Shown: one piece after another, positions 30,261 through 38,006 of the stretch
Position numbering within the stretch: position 1 is the first letter of the stretch
Layout: each line of letters opens with the position of its first letter
Origin: Gemmatimonadales bacterium
Lineage (GTDB): Bacteria > Gemmatimonadota > Gemmatimonadetes > Gemmatimonadales > GWC2-71-9
DNA length: 64,000 nt
Direction: 5' to 3'
Assembly: GCA_037189525.1 (NCBI GenBank)
Contig: JBBCJC010000003.1
Location: 608,001 to 672,000, forward strand
Position numbers and translations under genes: made by a program
Notes under the pieces: model-generated
Told to the model about the DNA's origin: nothing
Database searches by the model: none
What the model saw: the letters and a program-made list of their open reading frames with translations, nothing else

Positions 30261-30817
30261 GCCGAGCACTCGCGGTTGAGCCACGCTCTGGCGAGCAACC
30301 AGTCGCGCTTGACCGTGGCGGGTGAGATGCCCAGCAGTTCGGCCGTCTCCTCGATCGTCAGGCCCGCGAAGTAGCGGCACTCGACGATCCGGACCAGGCG
30401 CTCATTGGTTCGCTCCATCGCCGTGAGCGCTTCATCGAGTGCCAGCATCTGGTCCGCCTGCTGGTCGGTGATCCACATGTCGTCCTCGAGGGCCACCTTG
30501 CGCCGCGCGCCCCCTCGCTTCGCCGCCTGCCGAGCAAGCGCGTGGTCTACCAGGACCCGCCGCATCGCCCGGGCGGCGATGGCGAAGAACTGAGCGCGGT
30601 TTTTCCACTCGATGTGATCGAGGCCGCCGAGCTTGAGGTAGGCTTCATGGACGAGATCGCTGGTGGCCAGCGTGTGATCGGAACGCTCCGACCGCAGCTG
30701 GCGGCGGGCGAGGTGCCGCAGCTCGTCGTAGACGATCGGCAGGAGCCGGTCGAGTGCGTCCTTGCCGCCGTGGCCGATGGCGGCCAACAGCTGTGTCACA
30801 TCTCCGGAATCCGGCAT
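30257..30817 (-). CDS. ECF sigma factor, kinase-associated type (TIGR02999 / ECF43-like)
   Basis: VTQLL..LLPIVYDELRHLARRQL..HTLATSDLVHEAYLKL..RAQFFAIAARAMRRVLVD..TVKRDWLLARAWL. Confidence 0.93.
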   Translation of the reverse strand: MPDSGDVTQLLAAIGHGGKDALDRLLPIVYDELRHLARRQLRSERSDHTLATSDLVHEAYLKLGGLDHIEWKNRAQFFAIAARAMRRVLVDHALARQAAKRGGARRKVALEDDMWITDQQADQMLALDEALTAMERTNERLVRIVECRYFAGLTIEETAELLGISPATVKRDWLLARAWLNRECSA

Positions 30818-31225
30818 CGGATGGTTTTCCAGGAGGGGATTGGCAGGTGCAACGCGAAAACCCCCATCGCGAGATAATATAGCTTGGCATCCGAGGGAAC
30901 AACTGAGCCGCTACATCCCAGAACAGGCATGTGTGGCGTGGTGCGAAAGCGGGCGGCGGAGCAGGTCCGACTCGGCACTTCAGCGCTGTCGCGATCCCCG
31001 GCGAGGCTGCCGTCGCGTTGGGACATGACGCAGGTGCAGTGCATGCGCAGATCCTGATCATGGCGCGCCGCGATCGGTGCGCCCCTTATCCGTCAGGTGA
31101 GCCGGGCGCCGATGAGCCAATCCGGCCGTTTTTCCGGCTTCTATCGATGAGCGGGATCACCGACCCTTCCGGTTGTCGGTCCCATTCCCGAATTCCCGAT
31201 ACCCGCAGCTTCGAGGAGACGCCCG

Positions 31226-32467
31226 ATGGAACCCACCGCCGCTCCACCCGCCCACAGCGCCTCGACGTCTCGGCCCGCCGCCCAGAGCGGTTCGCCCTCC
31301 GACCGGTCCCCCTTCACGGTCGAGATGCTGGAGCGTTTTCAGCAACGCTCTGCCGGATACGATCGCGAGAATCGATTCTTCACCGAAGACTTCGAGGAGC
31401 TTCGCGATGCGGGCTACCTGACGTTGCCCGTGCCGCGCGAGTTGGGTGGCCGAGGGTATACACTGGCGCAGGTGGCGCAGGAGCAACGGCGGTTGGGGTA
31501 CTACGCGGCGCCCACGGCGCTCGCGGTCAACATGCATCTCTATTGGGTCGGACTGGTGGCCGATCTGTGGCGGAACGGCGATCGGTCGCTCGAATGGCTC
31601 CTCAAGGAGGCGGCGAACGGCGCTGTCTTCGCGGCCGGTCATGCGGAGAGTGGCAACGACATCCCGGTCCTCCTTTCCACCACGCGCGCCGAGCGGGTGG
31701 AAGGCGGCTACTGCTTCTACGGTCACAAGATGTTCGGCAGCCTGACGCCGGTCTGGACCATGCTCGGGATTCACGGCCTCGACACCAGCGATCCGAGTGC
31801 GCCCAAGGTGGTGCACGCTTTCATGCCGCGCGACAGCAAAGGCTACAGCATCAAGGAGAGCTGGGACGTGCTGGGCATGCGCGCCACCCGGAGCGACGAC
31901 ACGATCCTCGACGGGGTCTTCGTGCCCGACCGGTACATCGCGCGGGTAGTGCCGGCAGGCGCCGCGGGGGTCGACGGATTCGTTTTGGGCGTGTTCGCCT
32001 GGGCGCTGCTGGGATTCGGCAACATCTATTACGGCCTGGCCCAACGAGCCCGCGATCTCATCGTCGAGCACCTGCCGAAAAAGACGTCGATCGGCCTCTC
32101 GCGGCCGATGGCCTATCACGCCGAGGTGCAGCATGCGGTGGCGGAAATCGTGCTCGAGTTGGAGGGCATCGGTCCGCATCTCGATCGTACGGCGCAGGAG
32201 TGGTCGGACGGGGTGGATCACGGGGTGGGCTGGGTGATCAAAATCGTCGCCGCGAAATACCACGCGGTGGAGAGCGCCTGGAAAGTGGTCGATCGCGCGT
32301 TCGAGCTGGCGGGCGGGGCCGGCATCTTCAAGAAGGGCCCCTTCGAGCAGCTCTTCCGCGACGCTCGGCTCGGTCGCATTCACCCGGCCAATTCGTTCCT
32401 GACGCACGAGCTCTGTGCCAAGCTCACGCTCGGGATCAACCCCGACGAAGCGCCGCGTTGGGGGTGA
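31226..32467 (+). CDS. Acyl-CoA dehydrogenase-fold flavoprotein (possibly a flavin-dependent monooxygenase)
   Basis: VPRELGGRG, ALAVNMH, GHKMFGS, WDVLGMRATRS, AGGAGI, FRDARLGRIHP. Confidence 0.85.
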   Translation: MEPTAAPPAHSASTSRPAAQSGSPSDRSPFTVEMLERFQQRSAGYDRENRFFTEDFEELRDAGYLTLPVPRELGGRGYTLAQVAQEQRRLGYYAAPTALAVNMHLYWVGLVADLWRNGDRSLEWLLKEAANGAVFAAGHAESGNDIPVLLSTTRAERVEGGYCFYGHKMFGSLTPVWTMLGIHGLDTSDPSAPKVVHAFMPRDSKGYSIKESWDVLGMRATRSDDTILDGVFVPDRYIARVVPAGAAGVDGFVLGVFAWALLGFGNIYYGLAQRARDLIVEHLPKKTSIGLSRPMAYHAEVQHAVAEIVLELEGIGPHLDRTAQEWSDGVDHGVGWVIKIVAAKYHAVESAWKVVDRAFELAGGAGIFKKGPFEQLFRDARLGRIHPANSFLTHELCAKLTLGINPDEAPRWG

Positions 32468-32558
32468 GGCGCGCCAAGTCCGGGCAACCGCTCGTCGTTG
32501 CGGAGGGAGATGCGCTCGTCGACGGCTCCTGAGGGATTCCGATGGCGCATGGCACCAC

Positions 32559-32656
32559 GTGGTTCGTCGCCGAGTTGCCTATATTGTGCGCGAGGGTTGG
32601 GGCATCCCGGAGCCGACCGTCCGCCTATGGAATCATCTCGCCGCATCGGTTTGATC
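32559..32656 (+). repeat. Right copy of diverged direct repeat; yqeK 3' remnant overlapping the lytR start
   Basis: Encodes VVRRRVAYIVREGWGIPEPTVRLWNHLAASV* vs yqeK VVRRRLAYIVREGWSIPEPTVRLWNHLTASA*. Confidence 0.93.
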
Positions 32657-33079
32657 GTCGCAGGTTCGCTGCTCGCTGTCGCGCTCGTCCTGGCCGGACG
32701 CTGGGCCTTGGGAGCGCGGCAGGGGCGTGCGCCGTTGCCACGTTCGAGCGTCGCGCTCGTCGGGCAGGCGGGCGGTGTCCAGCGCGGTCTGGTCGTCGAG
32801 GTGATCAATGCCACCGGCCGGGAAGGCCTGGCGCGGCAGGTGACCCGGCTGCTGCGGGAGCAGGGCGTCGACGTCGTCTACTTCGGTTCGACCGATCGCC
32901 GGCCGGATTCGACCACCGTCGTGGTGCGCCGCGGGCAGGACCCGGAGCGCGGGCGTCTGATTGCGCGGCTGATGGGGACCAAGCGGGTCACGGTCGAGGC
33001 CGACAGTACCCGTCGCGTCGACCTCACGATCCTGCTTGGTGCGGATTATCGCTTTCCGGCTGATCGCCTGCCGCTCTGA
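32627..33079 (+). CDS. LytR C-terminal domain membrane protein
   Basis: N-terminal TM; VEVINATGREGLARQV, VDVVYFG, VDLTILLGADY. Confidence 0.88.
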   Translation: MESSRRIGLIVAGSLLAVALVLAGRWALGARQGRAPLPRSSVALVGQAGGVQRGLVVEVINATGREGLARQVTRLLREQGVDVVYFGSTDRRPDSTTVVVRRGQDPERGRLIARLMGTKRVTVEADSTRRVDLTILLGADYRFPADRLPL

Positions 33080-34391
33080 GGTTCGGCCGATCGCCGACCA
33101 GTACGACCATGACGTCCATCACGTTCGTGCCCGTCAGGCCAGGGCGGAGCAGCGCCCCGGCGGCGGTCAGGGCGGGGTGGGCGTCGTGCCGAGCCAGGGC
33201 GCGGTCGGGGTCGAGTCCGGCCTCCCGGATAGCGTCCCAGGTGCGTGAGTCGACCACGGCGCCCGCCGCATCGGTTGGACCGTCGCGGCCGTCGGTGCCG
33301 CCGGCCAGTAGGGTGACCCGGCGGCGATTGCGATACGGAGCCAGCTCGCCGGCCGCCGCGAGCGCCAGCTCCTGGCACCGCCCGCCGAGACCATGATCCG
33401 GACCAAGCGATACCGTGGTTTCGCCGCCGCCGATCCAGGCGGTGCCGGGCGTCGGGTCGTCGGCCAGAATCGACCGGATCAGTTCGCGGCCGACCGTTCC
33501 CGCCTCGCCGGTTACCGGAGTCGGATGCCGCCGGACTTCGTAGCCCAGCGCTCGCGCCCGCTCCTCGGCGTGATCGAGCGCAAGGGCATTCGATCCCACC
33601 AGACGCGTCGTCACGCGCTCGAAGACCGGGTCGCCCGGCTTCGGTGTTTCGGGTACGATGCCTCGGATGGTGCGCTCGAGATACCGGAGCGCCGCGTCGG
33701 GGACTCCGGCCTCGCTGCCTAACGCGTCGAGCAGCGCGAGGATTTCCGCGGCCGAACTCGGGTCTGGTGCGCAGGGTCCGGAACCGATATCGGCCGGGTC
33801 GTCGCCGGGGACGTCCGAGAGCAGGAAGACGCGGATCCGGTCACCCCGTCCGGCGGATACCAGGCGGCCGGCTCCCCAGCGCGAGAACCGCTTCCGGGCG
33901 CGGTTGAGCGCGGCAATGGGCAGACCGGCGCGGGCGAGCGCGCGCACCAGCAGGTCGTACTCGATCTCGGACATCCCGTCCACCGGGGCGCCGACCAGAC
34001 TGCTGGTTCCGCCCGAGATGAGCACCCAGACTTCGTCGCGATGGTTAACCGCAGCAAGCGCATCCTGCAGCGCGGCAGCGGCGGCCCGGGAGCGGGTACC
34101 GGGAACCGGATGATCGCCGGTGACGCGCCGCAGCCGGGGGTCGGGGCTGTCGCCGACGTCGGGGGTAACGACGAGGCCACCCTGAATCGGGACCTCGAGC
34201 CGGTCGAAGTGCTGGACCGCGGCCGCCGCCATCGGATAGGCAGCTTTTCCGAGCGCAATGATGTGCGACGGATTCGGCGGCGGGGTGGTCGCAAAGGCGC
34301 GCGTCACGGCCCGGCGCGGTTCGACCCCGGCCACGGCAGCAGCGTAAATTGCGACGGCATCGGTGCGGAGCCGATCGAGGAGTTGACTCAC
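33024..34391 (-). CDS. Glycerate 2-kinase (DUF4147/MOFRL family)
   Basis: ALGKAA, GDHPVP, LISGGTSSL, SDVPGDD..IGSGP, GGETTV, GTDGRDG, TGTNVMD. Confidence 0.93.
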   Translation of the reverse strand: MSQLLDRLRTDAVAIYAAAVAGVEPRRAVTRAFATTPPPNPSHIIALGKAAYPMAAAAVQHFDRLEVPIQGGLVVTPDVGDSPDPRLRRVTGDHPVPGTRSRAAAAALQDALAAVNHRDEVWVLISGGTSSLVGAPVDGMSEIEYDLLVRALARAGLPIAALNRARKRFSRWGAGRLVSAGRGDRIRVFLLSDVPGDDPADIGSGPCAPDPSSAAEILALLDALGSEAGVPDAALRYLERTIRGIVPETPKPGDPVFERVTTRLVGSNALALDHAEERARALGYEVRRHPTPVTGEAGTVGRELIRSILADDPTPGTAWIGGGETTVSLGPDHGLGGRCQELALAAAGELAPYRNRRRVTLLAGGTDGRDGPTDAAGAVVDSRTWDAIREAGLDPDRALARHDAHPALTAAGALLRPGLTGTNVMDVMVVLVGDRPNLRAAGDQPESDNPHQAGS

Positions 34392-34438
34392 CGCGCCAAT
34401 ATATCGCGTCTCCGGTCGATCGCGAGGAGGGAAGTGAC

Positions 34439-35410
34439 GTGACGGATCGTCCCAGGATCTGGTGTCTGCATCGTTTGCCGCGCACGGTCGAAGCCCGGCT
34501 CGATGCCGGATTTCAGATGGAATGGAGCCGCGACGACGACGGCGTGGCGGTCGAGGAACTGGTCGCGCGGGCCGGCGACTTCGACGGACTGGTCACCACG
34601 GTGACAGACCCGGTACCGGCGGCGGTCTTCGCTGCGCCCGGGCGACGGGTCCGCATCGTTGCCAACTACGGCGTCGGTGTCGACCGGATCGATCTCGATG
34701 CCGCGCGCGCGGTCGGCGTCGTGGTCACCAACACGCCCGGCGTGCTGACCGATTGTACGGCCGACCTCACGCTCGGCCTGATCCTGATGACGATGCGACG
34801 CCTGGGCGAAGGCGAGCGCCTGCTCCGCGCCGGCCAATGGACCGGCTGGCGGCCGACCCATCATCTGGGCCGGCGCGTGTCGGGCAAAACGCTAGGCATC
34901 ATCGGGATGGGGCGGATCGGGCAGGCGGTCGCGGCGCGGGCGCGGTACGGATTTGGGATGTCGATCCTCTACGCCAGCCGAACCCCGCTGGCGCCGCAGG
35001 CCGAAGCCGATCTGGGCGCCGTGCGCTGCGACGTCGATGAACTGCTCGAACGGTCCGACATCGTCACGCTGCACGTGCCCGCGACCGCCGAAACGATCGG
35101 AATGCTGGATGCGCGGCGGCTGGGTCTGATGCGGCCGGATGCCGTGCTGATCAATACCGCGCGCGGGAGTCTCGTGGATGAGACGGCGCTGGCCGAGGCA
35201 CTGGCGTCGGGGCACCTCGCGGCCGCCGGCCTCGATGTCTTTTCCCGCGAGCCGGAAATACCCTCGGCGCTGCTCGATCTGGACAACGTGGTCCTGCTGC
35301 CGCACCTGGGAAGCGCGACCGATGAGACCCGGACGGCCATGGGGATGATGGTCGCCGACAATCTCGACGCTTTTTTCAGCGGCAGCCCGCCACCGCATCG
35401 CGTCGCCTGA
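34439..35410 (+). CDS. D-glycerate dehydrogenase / glyoxylate reductase (2-hydroxyacid dehydrogenase)
   Basis: VTNTPGVLT, GIIGMGRIG, LINTARG, GLDVF..EP, LLPHLGSAT; RBS GAGGAGG. Confidence 0.92.
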   Translation: MTDRPRIWCLHRLPRTVEARLDAGFQMEWSRDDDGVAVEELVARAGDFDGLVTTVTDPVPAAVFAAPGRRVRIVANYGVGVDRIDLDAARAVGVVVTNTPGVLTDCTADLTLGLILMTMRRLGEGERLLRAGQWTGWRPTHHLGRRVSGKTLGIIGMGRIGQAVAARARYGFGMSILYASRTPLAPQAEADLGAVRCDVDELLERSDIVTLHVPATAETIGMLDARRLGLMRPDAVLINTARGSLVDETALAEALASGHLAAAGLDVFSREPEIPSALLDLDNVVLLPHLGSATDETRTAMGMMVADNLDAFFSGSPPPHRVA

Positions 35411-35459
35411 ATCGCGTCGTTTTGAATGGGGTCGTTTGACTCGCGTCTTTTGACGTGAG

Positions 35460-36824
35460 CTAGGTGCGCATCGCGGGTTGCCCGTCATTGGCCGGAGGCT
35501 CGCGTTCGAGCCGGCGGGCCAGGTCGAGCAGGTCGCTGCGGAGGAGCGCCCGCTCCTGATGGAGGCGCTGGTAGTGCTCCGGCTCGAAGAGGTGAAATCC
35601 CAGTGCGCGCGTTCCGGTCAGGAAGCGGTCGGATCGTTCGGCCAGCTTGATCGCGGCAAACCCCGCAAATGGGGTGACCAGCGCGGCCAATATCCCGAAT
35701 TCCAATCCTGCCGTCCGCCCGACCAGCCAGCCGACCAGCAGCCAGGTCAACGGGTAGAACAGTGCGGCGCCGATCACTTTGACCGTGGCGCGCGCATCGG
35801 GATGCTCCCGGGTGAGGTAGTGCGCGGTTCGGTCGACCAGCCAGTAGGCGGGCAGGTGGATCAGGAGGCCGGGCAGGGCCAACGGAATGAACACGAGGAC
35901 GCGAAAGATCAGCCACCCGATGGCCTGGGCGAGGTGGCGAGGACGGGGTTTGGGCCGAGTGGTTCCGGACGGGTCGAGGCCGGCAAGCTGGAAGGCACGT
36001 TCGAGCCGATCCAATCGCCGCTCGAATCGTTCGAGCAGTGGGGCATCGTGCGCTTTGAGGGCTCGGTATCCCTCGACCACGCGGCGGCGTACGGTCCAAC
36101 CGTCGTCCAGTCGCCAGGCCTTCGGATCGCTGGACCCTGCGACGATGACCCGTTCGATCCGGCGGGCCAGATGCAGCGCTTCGTGCTCGTCCGCCTGTAC
36201 CACGACCGACGTCAGCCGATCCTCGATGGCACGGGTGAGGGTGGCCACCGCCTCGGTGGTGGGTTCTCCTTCAGCCGGTAGCAGCGCAGCATCCACCAGC
36301 AGCGGCTCGCCGAAATACACCAGGACCGAACTCCGGAACTTCATCTTGTCGCTGTAATCCAGGCCGACGGGCACGATTGCTACCGGCGCCGTCGTGCCCG
36401 CGCCCAGTGCAATCCGGGCCGCGCCGGTCTTGAAGGGGCGGAGCCGGCTTTCACTGTGGCTGGCGCCTTCCGGCGCAATGGCGATGGCGCCGTCGCGCTC
36501 CAGGATTTCGCGGGCCCGCCGGAACGTCGTGCGATTCTTGGACATATCCGCCGCATCCTGGACGCGATAGACCGGGATCGCATCCATGGCCCGGACGAAC
36601 CAGCCGATCACGGGCATTCGGAACAGCGGTTCCTTGGCAAGAAACGAGACTGCCCTTGGTGCGTAGCACAGCACCAGGAGCGGATCGATCAGGGCGTTGG
36701 GGTGATTGATGACGAACAGCACCGGGCCGTGCGCCGGGATGTTGGAGAGGCCGGCGATCTCGATCCGCCGGAAGAACAGCTCCAGCACCCAGGTGAAGAA
36801 CGCCCGCAGGGTGGAGCGGACCAT
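35460..36824 (-). CDS. Lysophospholipid/glycerol-3-phosphate acyltransferase with C-terminal TMs
   Basis: NHPNALIDP (HX4D), FLAK, IAPEGASH, FKTGAAR. Confidence 0.88.
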   Translation of the reverse strand: MVRSTLRAFFTWVLELFFRRIEIAGLSNIPAHGPVLFVINHPNALIDPLLVLCYAPRAVSFLAKEPLFRMPVIGWFVRAMDAIPVYRVQDAADMSKNRTTFRRAREILERDGAIAIAPEGASHSESRLRPFKTGAARIALGAGTTAPVAIVPVGLDYSDKMKFRSSVLVYFGEPLLVDAALLPAEGEPTTEAVATLTRAIEDRLTSVVVQADEHEALHLARRIERVIVAGSSDPKAWRLDDGWTVRRRVVEGYRALKAHDAPLLERFERRLDRLERAFQLAGLDPSGTTRPKPRPRHLAQAIGWLIFRVLVFIPLALPGLLIHLPAYWLVDRTAHYLTREHPDARATVKVIGAALFYPLTWLLVGWLVGRTAGLEFGILAALVTPFAGFAAIKLAERSDRFLTGTRALGFHLFEPEHYQRLHQERALLRSDLLDLARRLEREPPANDGQPAMRT

Positions 36825-36826
36825 GC

Positions 36827-37897
36827 TCAGCTGGCTGGGATGCCTGCCGGTGCCGCGTCCCGCCGCCGTTTGGCTTCGAGCTCCACATAGAGCTGGCCGC
36901 AGGCGGCGTTGATGTCGAGCCCGCGGCTCCGGCGAACCACGGCTTCGATGCCGACGGCGCGAAGCCGATCTGCAAAGGCGCGAATCCGGTTCCCCGAACT
37001 GGGAACCAGTCCCGGCGTACCGCCCGGGTGGAGCGGGAGCAGGTTGACATGCGCAGCAAGTGAGCGTGCCAATCGAGCCAGGGCATCGGCGTCCGCGTCG
37101 CGATCGTTCCTGCCCTGGATCAGGACGTACTCGAAGGTGACCCGTCGCCCGAACTTCCGGGCGGCGTCGAGGACCTCGGGAAGCCGGTACTTCTTCTCGA
37201 TCGGCATCAGGCCGATTCGCTCCTCGGAGTGGGGCGAGTGCAGCGAGATGGCCAGGCGGAATTGTTCGGGGCGCTGGCGCAGTTCCTCCATGCCCGGGAC
37301 GATGCCGACGGTCGAGACCGTGATGTGCCGCGCTCCGATGCCGAAGCCGCGCTCGTCGTTCAGAATCGACAGCGTGGTCGAAACCGCCGGCCAGTTGAGC
37401 AGCGGTTCGCCCATGCCCATGAAGACGATATTGGTCGGCTTGTCGGCCGGATTGCGTAGCACGATCTCTCGCACCTGGCCGGCAATCTCGGCGGGCGTCA
37501 GGTTGCGGCGGAACCCCATCCGGCCAGTGGCGCAGAAAACACAGCCAAGCGCGCACCCGGCCTGCGAGGAAATGCAGAGGGTCCGGCGCGTGCCGCTCGG
37601 AATCAGGACCGACTCCACCGCCTCCTGGTCGGCCAGACGCCAGAGAAATTTCTGCGTGCCGTCCTCCGAAATCTGATGCGAGGCCACGTCGAGCCGCGTC
37701 AGGGGAAGGGCGGCATCGAGCTCGGTTCGCAGGCTGGCGGGAAGATCGGTCGCGTTGGCCCACGCGCCGACCGGGTTGATCCAGAGACGCCGGGCAATCT
37801 GATCAGCACGGTAGCTGGGAAGACCGCGGGCGCGGACCCACTGCTCCACACGCGCGTATCCGTCGGCCGGTGCCAGGTCCAGGATCGAATCTGCCAT
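36827..37897 (-). CDS. rlmN: 23S rRNA A2503 / tRNA radical SAM methyltransferase
   Basis: CISSQAGCALGCVFCATG, FMGMGEP, SLHS, DINAACGQL. Confidence 0.96.
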   Translation of the reverse strand: MADSILDLAPADGYARVEQWVRARGLPSYRADQIARRLWINPVGAWANATDLPASLRTELDAALPLTRLDVASHQISEDGTQKFLWRLADQEAVESVLIPSGTRRTLCISSQAGCALGCVFCATGRMGFRRNLTPAEIAGQVREIVLRNPADKPTNIVFMGMGEPLLNWPAVSTTLSILNDERGFGIGARHITVSTVGIVPGMEELRQRPEQFRLAISLHSPHSEERIGLMPIEKKYRLPEVLDAARKFGRRVTFEYVLIQGRNDRDADADALARLARSLAAHVNLLPLHPGGTPGLVPSSGNRIRAFADRLRAVGIEAVVRRSRGLDINAACGQLYVELEAKRRRDAAPAGIPAS

Positions 37898-38006
37898 GCC
37901 CGAAAGGTAACCGGATCGGGCTCGGCCGGGTCCGATGAAACGAGCTAACTCACCGTCTTGCAATCGCTTGCCGCCGGCCGTGCGGGGGCGTTACGTTTGC
38001 ACGGAT

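Larger units (their letters stand above)
23867..32558. mobile_element. ~8.7 kb inserted accessory segment (no integrase or transposase seen)
   Basis: Lies between two diverged copies of the yqeK/lytR junction; carries five accessory genes. Confidence 0.65.

Noticed and set aside
32415..32654. 79-aa ORF as a functional gene
   Set aside because: Starts inside the ACAD gene in another frame and only its tail matches yqeK; treated as a duplication remnant
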